From the NCBI GenBank assembly GCA_937975855.1, contig CALJTT010000003.1:26901-90900 (forward strand): a DNA stretch of 64,000 nt. Direction: 5' to 3'. Under the pieces are notes generated by a model. That model had not been told where the DNA came from. It made no database searches and was given only the letters and a program-made list of their open reading frames with translations. The first letter of the stretch is position 1. Every line of letters starts with the position of its first letter. Source of the DNA: Minisyncoccota bacterium. GTDB lineage: Bacteria; Patescibacteriota; Minisyncoccia; Phycocordibacterales; UBA918. Positions 46,029 to 55,858 of this stretch are shown here, piece by piece. Made by a program: the position numbers and the translations under genes.

Positions 46029-47051
46029 CTAGTCGCCGATCAATTGCTCAAAAAACTTCTGTGGATCAAGTCGCACGCTGTTAGTATGCCCTTCACCCGT
46101 AATAGTAACTTCAGTTTCCAGCATCAAGAGAAACAATCCCACAATCATAGAGACCAGCACTAAAGACAACGCTTGCCACAGACTAAGACCCTTTTTGTTA
46201 GCCTTAGCTTCGTCAGGGCTAACTATGTACAAATCACCAGAATCCGATTCTTCATAAAACTCGTCAGCAAGTTTCTCAGGTACAACTAAATCAAGATCCG
46301 GATCATGTTCATACTCAGCGGGCAAGTCCGTCTCCTCAATAGCTTCAGAAATATCAGCACTCTCCTCAATCTCGCTAGACAAAACTTCCTCTTCAACAAC
46401 CACATCTTCAGTTTCAGTGACCGCGGTTTCTCCAACAGGAGTTTCAGGCACCAAGTCTTCTTCTGGTGGCGGAAATTCCCGAGATTCTTTCACAGAAAGC
46501 TTGCCAGACAAGGATATCTCGGGTAGTTTTTCACTCTTAAATTTTGTTTGTTTATTTGCCGAAGATACAGGCACAGTTACCGCAGGAGTCCGTTCGACTA
46601 CGACAGTTTTTTTGCCGAGATCTTTTGTTACGTCAGGATGTTCTACCTTACTCTTCAGAATAGGAACAAGGACTCCTTCGTCAGAAGCGTAAGTTGCACC
46701 CACAGAATCAGACGATCGCACCGTACGACCCTGGCGAGATAGTCTGGCGGTTTTAGAACGTAACATCGGCTCGACACTCTTAGAAGACTTACGCCTCATC
46801 GTACTTTCCTTCTTTCTAGGGGTCGCGGGCTTGGCTTTGACAGCAACAGCCCCCTCTTTTAGAGCTTGATGTTTGGTCTGCCTATAGGCAGAGACTGAGA
46901 ACGGATCTACATACCAGACGCGGCCAACGCGCCTAGCGTCGACTTTTTTAGAGCGACAAAGCTGGCCCACGTAATCTTGAGTATAACGAAACTTCTTCGC
47001 GATCTCTGACGCTCTTAAATATTCTTTCCCGCTGAAGACGATCCTTTGCAC
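46029..47051 (-). CDS. Membrane-anchored HTH (HTH_17-type) protein with basic then acidic linker
   Basis: YLRASEIAKKFRYTQDYVGQLCRSKKVDARRVGRVWYV; C-terminal TM helix; GTG start 7 nt after TGGTACAAT. Confidence 0.72.
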   Translation of the reverse strand: MQRIVFSGKEYLRASEIAKKFRYTQDYVGQLCRSKKVDARRVGRVWYVDPFSVSAYRQTKHQALKEGAVAVKAKPATPRKKESTMRRKSSKSVEPMLRSKTARLSRQGRTVRSSDSVGATYASDEGVLVPILKSKVEHPDVTKDLGKKTVVVERTPAVTVPVSSANKQTKFKSEKLPEISLSGKLSVKESREFPPPEEDLVPETPVGETAVTETEDVVVEEEVLSSEIEESADISEAIEETDLPAEYEHDPDLDLVVPEKLADEFYEESDSGDLYIVSPDEAKANKKGLSLWQALSLVLVSMIVGLFLLMLETEVTITGEGHTNSVRLDPQKFFEQLIGD

Positions 47052-47111
47052 TGGGGTAATTGTACCAGATGGCAAAATTTAATCTGATCAAATATGGGGA
47101 GAAAAGGTGGA

Positions 47112-48524
47112 TTACTTATTTATCTCGGCTAAGAAAAGCTTCTCGAGAGCCTGAGGGTTAGCCGTCCCCTTAGTCAACTTCATACCCTGACCAACAAGGT
47201 ACTTCAGAACACTTTCTTTCCCAGAGCGAAGCTCTTCTACTTGGGTTGGGTTCTGAGAAATGATGTCAGCAACTACAGGCAGCAGTGCACTATCGTCAGA
47301 AAGCTGGACCAAACCTGCTTCTTTTACATACTCGGCTACAGATCCAGTCAATGTAGGCAGCTTTGGCAATACATCCTTTGTTGTACGCGAGCCAATATCA
47401 CCCTTCAAGGTAATCTGCATCAGTTCCAAAAGTAGTTCCGCTGGAACAGACGCAACATCAACAACTCCCTCGGCTCGCAAACGAACCATATCAACTGACA
47501 AGTAGTTGCTAGTAAGACTAAGTAGATCAGAGTCCTCAGACAAATCAGCAACCTTGGCGAACAAAGTATCTAGTTCTCTATCCGAGATAATGATGTCGGC
47601 GATGTCATCCGAGATACGATATTTCTTATATTTAAGCCTTTTCTCGGCCGGCAAAACTGGAATTCGATTCGTCAGTGACTCTGGTGAAAAGTCTGCGACC
47701 TCAGTTGTCTTTATTTTTGGAATGTCTGGATCCGGGAAGTATCGGTATTCCATAGCCGACTCTTTCTTGCGCTGCGAAAATGTGCAGTTCTTGTTCTCAT
47801 CCCAGCCACGAGTTTCTTGGACCAAGGTGTCACCCGCTTCGAGAACCTTCCTCTGTCTTGCAACCTCGTACTCGATAGCTGCCTCGACAGCCTTAAAAGA
47901 GTTGATGTTCTTAACCTCAACTTTAGTCCCAAGTTTGTCAGTATCACTAATTGATATGTTGGCTTCGATACGCATCTCTCCCCTTTCCATATTTGCACCT
48001 GATATATCTAAGGTCTGTAACAAAAGCTGCAGCTCACGGCCAAAGTTTCCGGCAGTAGCTGCGTCATGGATGACCGGCTCGGTCACCAACTCCATTAAAG
48101 GAACTCCAGCTCGGTTAAAATCGACCAAGCTTGAGTCCGTTAACTCGTGAGAGCTACGGGCGGTATCTTCTTCCAAATGAACACGCGTCAACTCAACTCC
48201 ATTTATTTCTCCACCGGTAAGAAATGGAAACTGGTACTGACTGACCTGGTATGCCTTTGGAATGTCTGGATAAAAATAGTTCTTGCGATCGAACTCTGAG
48301 TAGTCTGCCCGGGTTGCGCCAACCGCTTGTCCAAAAGTCATGACCATAGCGATCGCCTCTTTGTTTGGAACTGGAAGAGTTCCAGGGTGAGCCATACAAA
48401 CCGGGCAAGTATGCGCGTTAGGCTCACTTTCATGCGGCTGATTTTTGCAACCACAAAACATTTTTGAATTTGTAGATAGCTCGGCGTGAACTTCTAGTCC
48501 AATTGTTGTTGTGTAGGTTTTCAT
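47112..48524 (-). CDS. gatB: Asp/Glu-tRNA amidotransferase subunit B
   Basis: IGLEVH, FDRKNYFYPD, HLEED, NRAGVPLME, YRYFPDPD. Confidence 0.96.
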   Translation of the reverse strand: MKTYTTTIGLEVHAELSTNSKMFCGCKNQPHESEPNAHTCPVCMAHPGTLPVPNKEAIAMVMTFGQAVGATRADYSEFDRKNYFYPDIPKAYQVSQYQFPFLTGGEINGVELTRVHLEEDTARSSHELTDSSLVDFNRAGVPLMELVTEPVIHDAATAGNFGRELQLLLQTLDISGANMERGEMRIEANISISDTDKLGTKVEVKNINSFKAVEAAIEYEVARQRKVLEAGDTLVQETRGWDENKNCTFSQRKKESAMEYRYFPDPDIPKIKTTEVADFSPESLTNRIPVLPAEKRLKYKKYRISDDIADIIISDRELDTLFAKVADLSEDSDLLSLTSNYLSVDMVRLRAEGVVDVASVPAELLLELMQITLKGDIGSRTTKDVLPKLPTLTGSVAEYVKEAGLVQLSDDSALLPVVADIISQNPTQVEELRSGKESVLKYLVGQGMKLTKGTANPQALEKLFLAEINK

Positions 48525-48536
48525 ATTGTGATCAAA

Positions 48537-49514
48537 CTATTCTTCATTTTCTTCCGACAGTCGTTGTACAAGACTGTCTCTTAATTCTTTTATTGAATCT
48601 GGGTCAGTTTCAGAAATAACAAAGACACGATTTTTAAATAAAGCAAGACTTTTAACCCTGTCTTCAATATAAGCTTTGTCTACAAGGTCACTTTTGGTTA
48701 AAACAATCCACTCTTCCTTTTCAGCAAGTCCGTTTCCAAAAGTTGATAGCTCATTTCTAATGGTAGAATATGCATTCTCGACGTTTTCATCCTCTAGAGA
48801 TATAAGATGCAACAGCATCTTTGTGCGTGACACGTGCCGCAAAAACTTGTGCCCGAGCCCCTTGCCTGTAGCCGCACCCTCGATCAGACCAGGAATGTCA
48901 GCAATCGTGCGTCCGTAGAAACTTCCGAGGTGTGGCTCAAGGGTTGTGAACGGGTACGCTCCAATAGCAGACGTGGCGTTGGTCAGATTGTTAAGCAAGG
49001 TCGATTTGCCAGCGTTAGGAAATCCAATCAGACCAACATCAACTCCCAAAGAAACCTCCACCAGAAAATTTCCACCCTCTCCGGGGCTACCTTTAGTGGA
49101 CTCTACCGGACTCTGGTTAGTTGAAGATTTAAAATGCTCATTGCCGAGACCTCCTCTTCCTCCTCTAAGGATTTTTATTTCCTCACCAACACGTTCCACC
49201 TCATACACTCGCTCACGTTCAAGATCAGTTACTTTTGATCCTATCGGAACATCAATAAAAAAATCTACCCCGCCACTTCCGTGTTGCGATTGATTTGTTC
49301 CGTTCTCTCCTAACTCAGCTGCAAAGTGGTTATTCCCGGTGTACTTGGCCAAGCGGTTCATATCTTGAACACCCCTGACGTACACGTCGCCTCCGTTACC
49401 ACCGTTGCCTCCGGCTGGACCAGCTTTCGGTCTATATTTTTCTTGCCTCCATCTAACGACTCCTTGACCTCCGTCGCCAGCTTTAGCTGTTATTTCTAAT
49501 TCGTCTACAAACAT
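48537..49514 (-). CDS. obgE: GTPase Obg/CgtA
   Basis: MFVDE, Gly-rich Obg fold, GFPNAGKS, YPFTT, DIPG, TKSD. Confidence 0.95.
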   Translation of the reverse strand: MFVDELEITAKAGDGGQGVVRWRQEKYRPKAGPAGGNGGNGGDVYVRGVQDMNRLAKYTGNNHFAAELGENGTNQSQHGSGGVDFFIDVPIGSKVTDLERERVYEVERVGEEIKILRGGRGGLGNEHFKSSTNQSPVESTKGSPGEGGNFLVEVSLGVDVGLIGFPNAGKSTLLNNLTNATSAIGAYPFTTLEPHLGSFYGRTIADIPGLIEGAATGKGLGHKFLRHVSRTKMLLHLISLEDENVENAYSTIRNELSTFGNGLAEKEEWIVLTKSDLVDKAYIEDRVKSLALFKNRVFVISETDPDSIKELRDSLVQRLSEENEE

Positions 49515-49554
49515 GGTCAATACCATACCTCACTGCCCCCAATGCAGCAATGTT

Positions 49555-49890
49555 TTACTTTAGCCACTGAGCTCCCAAGGTGCTGGAAACTGTCAAAATA
49601 AGTGACCCAATCAGTGCAGGGACAAAGCCTTCTACTGTAAATCCTTCCAAAAACGAGGCCGCGAAGAGAAAAAGGCCAGCATTTACGATAAAGGTAAAAA
49701 GGCCCAGTGTGATAATAGTAATCGGTAATGTGAGCACCAGCAACACCGGACGCACTACTGCATTAAGTAGCCCGAGGACCAACACCGCAATTCCAGCATT
49801 ATATGCGGATTCAACCGAAACTCCTGCGACGTACTCTGACATCAACAGCAAGACTAGAACGCTAAGTAGAAAACGGGCAACAAAACTCAT
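49555..49890 (-). CDS. 4-TM phage-holin-family (YvlD-like) membrane protein
   Basis: LGLLNAVVRPVL..LTLP....TLGLF..IVNA signature. Confidence 0.85.
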   Translation of the reverse strand: MSFVARFLLSVLVLLLMSEYVAGVSVESAYNAGIAVLVLGLLNAVVRPVLLVLTLPITIITLGLFTFIVNAGLFLFAASFLEGFTVEGFVPALIGSLILTVSSTLGAQWLK

Positions 49891-49914
49891 GACTCAATTA
49901 TAGCAAAGTAGAAG

Positions 49915-52428
49915 CTATCGTACTATTTCCCAGCCGTCACTAATCAAAGATTCAGCTTTTTTGTATTTCATCTCTCGCACTTCGCCATCCTTAGAAACAC
50001 GAACAATGTCATTACGTGAAAATTCAACGCTTTTTGTTGCTGGAGAACGTTTATTGTCAGACCTTTTATGGCCTGATCCAGCCATTTGCTGAGCTGTTTC
50101 TGATTCTGTTTTACGCTCCAGTTCTTCAGCGGCGACTTTGTTAGGCTGAAGCTGAGGAAGAACGCTTCCTAACCTTGAATAAAAAGCTTCCCACATTTGT
50201 TTAAACAGAATTACCCCCTCCTTACGATACTCGGTCAAAGGATCGCGTTGGCCATAGGCGCGCAAGTTCACACTTGATCTCGTGTACGACATAACCTCAA
50301 GATGCTCCACCCACAAAAGATCCATCATCTGCAGTGAAGCTCGACGAAACAAATCGTGAAATACCTCTTTACCGAGATCTTGTTGTTTATTAAGGATTAA
50401 ATCACGAGATTCTGGGATAAACTCTTCTAAATCTCGGATGAGATCTAGGGTGGTTTGGTCGTCAGACTGAAGTAGAGCCTGACGTTTTTGGTACAACTCC
50501 TGTCGCTGCTGATTCAAAATATCGTCATAGGCAAGAATCTGCTTTCTTGAGTCAAAGTGGAATCCTTCGATCTTGGTCTGAGCGCTTTCCAATGTTCGTG
50601 AGATCATTCCCATCTCGAGCGGCTGGTCTTCCGGGATTTTGAATGTGCCCATCAGGTTCTTTACTCGATCGCCACCAAAGACACGCATCAACGAATCATC
50701 CATGGAAACGTAAAACTGTGTCTCCCCTGGGTCACCCTGTCTACCAGAACGACCTCTCAGCTGGTTGTCGATCCGCCTAGCTTCATGCCGCTCTGTTCCG
50801 AGCACGAACAAACCGCCTAGGTTTTTGATTTCTTCTGCCTTGGCTTCGTCAGCATCAGGTCCACCGAGTTTGATATCAACACCACGACCTGCCATGTTTG
50901 TTGCCAATGTTACTGCTCCCGGCTTGCCAGCAGCTGCAATCACCTCACCTTCAGATTCGTGATTCTTTGCGTTCAACATCTGGTGTCCAACGTTGGCTTT
51001 GGTAAGAGCCTCAGACAACCGCTCGTTTGACTCAATCGAAGCTGTGCCGATGAGAATCGGCTGCCCCGTTGCGTTCACCTCTTTCACTTTACTTATGATG
51101 GCGGAGAATTTACCCGCCTCAGTCTGGTAAATCAGGTCGTTGCGGTCTAGTCGAACAACGGGCTTGTTTGTCGGCACAGGAATAACGTCTAGACCGTACA
51201 CTATAAAAAATTCTTCTTGTGAAGTCAGTCCTGTTCCTGTCATACCAGACAGCTTGTCGTACATCCGAAAGTAGTTTTGGTATGTAATTGAAGCAAAGGT
51301 CTTTGACTCACGCTGGATCGCTACGCCATGCTTGGCTTCGAGCGCTTGGTGCAGTCCGTCTGACCAACGGCGTCCTGGCTGCAGACGTCCTGTCGACTGG
51401 TCTACAATCACCACTTCCCCGTCACGAACAACGTAGTCGATGTCTGGAGTAAACACCGCCTTAGCCCTCACAGCCGTCTCAAGGTGATGGACGTGCTTAA
51501 TTCCCTTGTCAGTGTATATGTTATCGACACCGAGCATCTTCTCTGCTGCCTCGACACCTGCGTCTGTGAGTGACGCTGACTTAGACTTCTCATCGATTGT
51601 AAAGTGTTCTTCTTGCTTTAGGTTCTCTGCGATTTTGGCAAACGTAGTATAGAAGTCCCCCGCCTCTGGCGCGGGCGCTGAGATGATCAAAGGTGTCCTC
51701 GCCTCGTCGATTAAAATAGAGTCGATTTCATCAACTACCGCGTAGGCATGAGACTTTTGTCGAAGCTTGGCAGCATCGTATTCAATATTATCTCTGAGGT
51801 AGTCAAACCCGAATTCGCTGTTTGTACCATAGGTTATATCAGCTTGATACGCCTCCTGACGCGTACAAGGGCGCAAGAAGTCGTACACGATCTTGTAAGA
51901 CCCCTCAGCGTCGCGCTCAGCATCCTTTTCGGTGTGACCTGGGTCATACATGAACGACTGATCCTGGCTGTTGATAACCGCCAATGTGAATCCAAGCGCT
52001 GCGTATATCTGACCCATCCAGACCGCGTCTCGTCGGGCAAGATAGTCGTTCACTGTAACGATGTGCACCCCTTCCCCTGTAAGGGCGTTAAGAGATGCTG
52101 GTAAAGTTGCAACGAGCGTCTTTCCTTCTCCAGTTCTCATCTCAGTGATCTTGCCTCGGTGCAAAATCATTCCTCCAATCAGCTGCACGTCGTAGTGTCG
52201 CATTCCCATCGTGCGCTTGGCCGCCTCTCGTACCAAGGCAAAGGCTTCCGGCAACACATCGTCTACACTCGTACCATCTTTCACACGCTGTTTAAGAGAG
52301 GAAATTTCAGACACGAGATCAACCTCAAGAAGACTTTCTTCACGATCGTTAATAGCACTAACAAGAGGCTTAAGCTGCTTCAGCTCTTTTTCATAAGTTG
52401 GTCCAAAAAAACGATCTAGAAATGACAT
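49915..52428 (-). CDS. secA: Preprotein translocase ATPase SecA
   Basis: EMRTGEGKT, DEIDSILIDEARTPLIIS, ATNMAGRG, RRIDNQLRGRSGRQGDPG. Confidence 0.97.
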   Translation of the reverse strand: MSFLDRFFGPTYEKELKQLKPLVSAINDREESLLEVDLVSEISSLKQRVKDGTSVDDVLPEAFALVREAAKRTMGMRHYDVQLIGGMILHRGKITEMRTGEGKTLVATLPASLNALTGEGVHIVTVNDYLARRDAVWMGQIYAALGFTLAVINSQDQSFMYDPGHTEKDAERDAEGSYKIVYDFLRPCTRQEAYQADITYGTNSEFGFDYLRDNIEYDAAKLRQKSHAYAVVDEIDSILIDEARTPLIISAPAPEAGDFYTTFAKIAENLKQEEHFTIDEKSKSASLTDAGVEAAEKMLGVDNIYTDKGIKHVHHLETAVRAKAVFTPDIDYVVRDGEVVIVDQSTGRLQPGRRWSDGLHQALEAKHGVAIQRESKTFASITYQNYFRMYDKLSGMTGTGLTSQEEFFIVYGLDVIPVPTNKPVVRLDRNDLIYQTEAGKFSAIISKVKEVNATGQPILIGTASIESNERLSEALTKANVGHQMLNAKNHESEGEVIAAAGKPGAVTLATNMAGRGVDIKLGGPDADEAKAEEIKNLGGLFVLGTERHEARRIDNQLRGRSGRQGDPGETQFYVSMDDSLMRVFGGDRVKNLMGTFKIPEDQPLEMGMISRTLESAQTKIEGFHFDSRKQILAYDDILNQQRQELYQKRQALLQSDDQTTLDLIRDLEEFIPESRDLILNKQQDLGKEVFHDLFRRASLQMMDLLWVEHLEVMSYTRSSVNLRAYGQRDPLTEYRKEGVILFKQMWEAFYSRLGSVLPQLQPNKVAAEELERKTESETAQQMAGSGHKRSDNKRSPATKSVEFSRNDIVRVSKDGEVREMKYKKAESLISDGWEIVR

Positions 52429-52464
52429 GTTCGTTAGTATATCGTCAAGTTTCGTCTAGACAAG

Positions 52465-53475
52465 CTAGACAGTGCGTACTTCTTGCTCGATGGTGAGACC
52501 TGTTTTTTCTTTTACTTCGTCTGTAACAAATTTAACAAGAGCTTCGATCTCAGCCGACTTACTACTTGTGCTCACCAGAACGAGTGCCTGGTTCTCAAAC
52601 AGACCCACCTCGCCCGTTTTATAACCCTTGAGGTCACAAATTTTATCGAGGATATAACCTAGGGATAATTTTGTTTCCATTGGAGATACTGGGTATGTTG
52701 GCAGTTCAGGGTAACGAGCCAATAGCGCATCTGCTATGTCTGTAGCAACGATCGGATTCTTAAAAAATGAGCCAGCGGTCCCAACAACATTCCAGTCAGG
52801 AAATTTTTGACTGCGAACCTCTATGACCTTTGCTCTTATATCAGACTGCGATACTGCCCCACTTTCAGAAAGTGCGGCCAAGTCTTTGTAAGCCAGAGAC
52901 GGCTTTTCTAGTGTACTGAGCTCAAGTGTCACGACTGTGATCACCCACTGGCGACCCTCTGGCGACTTGAAGAAAGATTCACGGTAAGCAAACTGGCATT
53001 CCTCCCGCGAGAAAACTTTCTCTTCGCCGGTTTCTATATTGAAAGCCGACACGCTTTTGAGCAAGTCTGAGATTTCTACTCCGTAGGCTCCGACGTTTTG
53101 CACCGGAGTGGCGCCGATTGTGCCAGGAATGTGGCTAAGGTTTTCAAGTCCCCAATAACCAAAATCGACTGTCTGTGCGACAACCTCGTCAAGAATTTCT
53201 CCAGAACCAAGTTCCGAGATAACCTTATTTTCATTGCCAATTTTATAATCTCGGCCAAAGAATTCGACTTTCACAACCAGCCCTAGGAACCCAGCGTCCC
53301 TAACAAGAATGTTAGACCCAGACCCCAGCACCAAAATCGGCACGTCCTTTTGCAAAGCGAATTGACGCGCTGATTCTAAATCAGCTATTGAACTTACGAC
53401 TGTAAAATAACGAGCTGGCCCACCGACTTTTAAAGTCGTATGCTCGGCTAAAGATACGTTTTCTTGAATATCCAT
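52465..53475 (-). CDS. murB: UDP-N-acetylenolpyruvoylglucosamine reductase
   Basis: LGSGSN, IPGTIGATPVQNVGAYG, YRESFFK, AGSFFKNP. Confidence 0.95.
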   Translation of the reverse strand: MDIQENVSLAEHTTLKVGGPARYFTVVSSIADLESARQFALQKDVPILVLGSGSNILVRDAGFLGLVVKVEFFGRDYKIGNENKVISELGSGEILDEVVAQTVDFGYWGLENLSHIPGTIGATPVQNVGAYGVEISDLLKSVSAFNIETGEEKVFSREECQFAYRESFFKSPEGRQWVITVVTLELSTLEKPSLAYKDLAALSESGAVSQSDIRAKVIEVRSQKFPDWNVVGTAGSFFKNPIVATDIADALLARYPELPTYPVSPMETKLSLGYILDKICDLKGYKTGEVGLFENQALVLVSTSSKSAEIEALVKFVTDEVKEKTGLTIEQEVRTV

Positions 53476-53477
53476 GA

Positions 53478-55736
53478 CTAGCAACCTGTTTGTGGTTCAG
53501 ACGATCCAGTAACAATGTTTTGTGCGATACAAGACGCCGTGCTGGCAAAGCCAGGATTAACTCTTCCTCCTTCCTCGAGCGTAGCGATCGCTTGTTCGTT
53601 GTCTCCTTGTTCAAAATACAAGAAAGCAAGTGAGGCCCAATTTTGTGCGGTGTTTGGATCATGCTTGACACGTTCTTTGTGCAGCTCTAGCAAGAACACA
53701 GACGCTCCTGCTGTCCGCGCAGCTCCAAGAACAAAATCACTGCCGGCAAATCTTTTCTTTGTGTCTTCTGAATCCATCAGAGCAACGGCAGTTGTAGCAT
53801 TCCCAGCGTACAGCAATGCAGCCGCGTAATATTCTCGTGCCTCAATATTCTCTTCTTCTAGTTCAAAAGATTCCTGGAAAAAGTCCCTAGCTGCAATATT
53901 CTGATTTCGTGAAAGCTCGATGAAACCTTGCTGATTGATAATGGTTTGTTTGTTCGGTGAAAGCTCTCGTGCTTTTGCCATTTCAGCTGCTGCTTTTTCG
54001 ATTTGACCAACAGCTCGGTAATAGCTGGCAATGAAAACGTGGATACGTGCGTCTCCTGGCTTCTCTGCCGCCAACTTAGTTAGCTGCTCTTCCGACGTAG
54101 ACGCGAACGCTGCCCTTAACTCTGGTGTGGCCTGAGGTTGCCTGGCGATTCCCATTGTCTGCTGGGCGATTTGTTCTGTGATTTCTTGGTGTCCAAACGA
54201 TTCTCGATCGAGGGCCGTTTTGAAGTTTTCGAGCATGACCTCTGGACCTTCTGGCGGCTGCTGAACTCCCTGGACTACACTAGGCTGAACAGAACGAAAC
54301 GCGTTGATAATGTCTCCGGCTGCCGACATTGCGGGCGCGTGAACAAACACCATCACAGCGATGAACGCAGCAGCTCCAATTGGCAATACAGCCTGTGTAA
54401 TAAGGGGTTCTTCAACTTTCTTTTCTGCAATAACCTTGATCGGTGTCGATACACGAGAGTGAATTAGACCGAGAATGATGGCAAAGAAAATGTAACTGAC
54501 GATGTTATCAAACACCACCAAGTTGTGTACAAAGTACCCAGCGAGTAGACCGAGTAATATTCCCCGTTCAACCAGTGTGAACGACTCATCCTTGCGATCG
54601 CGTAGCGGTCGTACAACAAGGTAATAAGCACATGCAAAAAAGATACTGAGGTACGCTGCCAGACCTAGGAATCCACCTGCTATCAACCAGTCGATAAAGA
54701 TATTGTGGGCTCGGTCGAACCAGTGCTCTTGTGCATGAAGGCGTGGGTCATATTTTTCGTTAAATACGTAATTGAAGTTACTTTGCCCCCAGCCAAGTAG
54801 CGGACGTTCCTGAATACCCTCCCAGGCCATACCCCAGATGATGCCACGAATACGAAGGTCTTCTCCTAGGTCAATATTTGCAACACGAGCCAAGCTTGGC
54901 TGAGATTGCATTAACTCAGTATCTTTAAAAGTTACGAAACCTGCAATTAAAATCAGAATTCCGACCAAGGATCCGACGGCGTAGCGTCGGTAATCTTGAG
55001 CCTTCTCTCCCCGACCGAAGAAAAGAATATAAAGTACGGTCACTAGCGCTCCACCGACCAGAGCCAGGAACGTACCACGAGTACCCGTGGCTGTCAGAAC
55101 AAATACAAAGAACGGGATGAGAGAAGCGTAGACGATTTTTGTTTCCATGACTTTACTCTTGGCCAGCAGCCACAAAGCGATGAAGATATGGAAGAGCATG
55201 TAGACGGCCATGTATGCCGAGTTACCCAATGTACTATCGACACGAGCAGATCCCGAGCCGATATTGTAAATCTCGATGATAGAGGTGACGCTGAAATACT
55301 GCGCCAAACCACCTATCGCCACCAGCGTTGCTGCCACGAGCGAAGTATTAAGCAACCAGCTCCACTCCCTGGAAGTCTTGAGTACGGAGCCCAGAATAAT
55401 CATATATAGATACGTATGTACGAGTGACACATAGCCGTCCATACGTTCAAAGTTGCTCCAGAAACTAGACCGTGGATGCTCGCCAAAGAGGTTCGCGAAG
55501 AACATTATGACCAGTAAAGTCCCTGCCCCACCAACAATCCACGACCACTGCGGACGATATCTCGGCTCGTACATCGCCAATGCGATCCAGGCGACCAACG
55601 TAAAGTCAACTATGATTCTGAACCAAAAGTTCTTGCCAGTAATGAACGGGAAAAAATAATCATTTTCAACGTAGAGGGTCAAAAAAGGAATGGCAAACAA
55701 ACCTCCGAAGACCACCCATTTCAAGATGTCTTTCAT
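53478..55736 (-). CDS. O-antigen-ligase/O-oligosaccharyltransferase-like protein with C-terminal TPR-like helices
   Basis: About 12 TM helices, STLGN, TGTRG, R..IW......RPLLGWG, DRAHN (Wzy_C-type), C-terminal helical repeats. Confidence 0.85.
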   Translation of the reverse strand: MKDILKWVVFGGLFAIPFLTLYVENDYFFPFITGKNFWFRIIVDFTLVAWIALAMYEPRYRPQWSWIVGGAGTLLVIMFFANLFGEHPRSSFWSNFERMDGYVSLVHTYLYMIILGSVLKTSREWSWLLNTSLVAATLVAIGGLAQYFSVTSIIEIYNIGSGSARVDSTLGNSAYMAVYMLFHIFIALWLLAKSKVMETKIVYASLIPFFVFVLTATGTRGTFLALVGGALVTVLYILFFGRGEKAQDYRRYAVGSLVGILILIAGFVTFKDTELMQSQPSLARVANIDLGEDLRIRGIIWGMAWEGIQERPLLGWGQSNFNYVFNEKYDPRLHAQEHWFDRAHNIFIDWLIAGGFLGLAAYLSIFFACAYYLVVRPLRDRKDESFTLVERGILLGLLAGYFVHNLVVFDNIVSYIFFAIILGLIHSRVSTPIKVIAEKKVEEPLITQAVLPIGAAAFIAVMVFVHAPAMSAAGDIINAFRSVQPSVVQGVQQPPEGPEVMLENFKTALDRESFGHQEITEQIAQQTMGIARQPQATPELRAAFASTSEEQLTKLAAEKPGDARIHVFIASYYRAVGQIEKAAAEMAKARELSPNKQTIINQQGFIELSRNQNIAARDFFQESFELEEENIEAREYYAAALLYAGNATTAVALMDSEDTKKRFAGSDFVLGAARTAGASVFLLELHKERVKHDPNTAQNWASLAFLYFEQGDNEQAIATLEEGGRVNPGFASTASCIAQNIVTGSSEPQTGC

Positions 55737-55801
55737 ATGGCAGAAACTATAGCACGCAGCCTTACTAGTCGGCAGTCTAGACGAACGCGCGAACAGTTGG
55801 T

Positions 55802-55841
55802 GCAAAAGGGTGGCGGGGCTTTTGCCCCGCCACCCTTTTGC
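55802..55841 (-). terminator. Intrinsic terminator-like hairpin
   Basis: 18-bp perfect stem GCAAAAGGGTGGCGGGGC with a 4-nt loop. Confidence 0.75.
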
Positions 55842-55858
55842 TTCTTTCAGACCTAAAA

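Noticed and set aside
47506..48150. Long antisense ORFs (here opposite gatB; also 1581-2111, 16022-16603, 20783-21256)
   Set aside because: Shadow frames of well-supported genes with no independent evidence
49555..49890. Holin-family gene as a sign of prophage
   Set aside because: It sits between secA and obgE with no phage genes nearby; this family is commonly chromosomal
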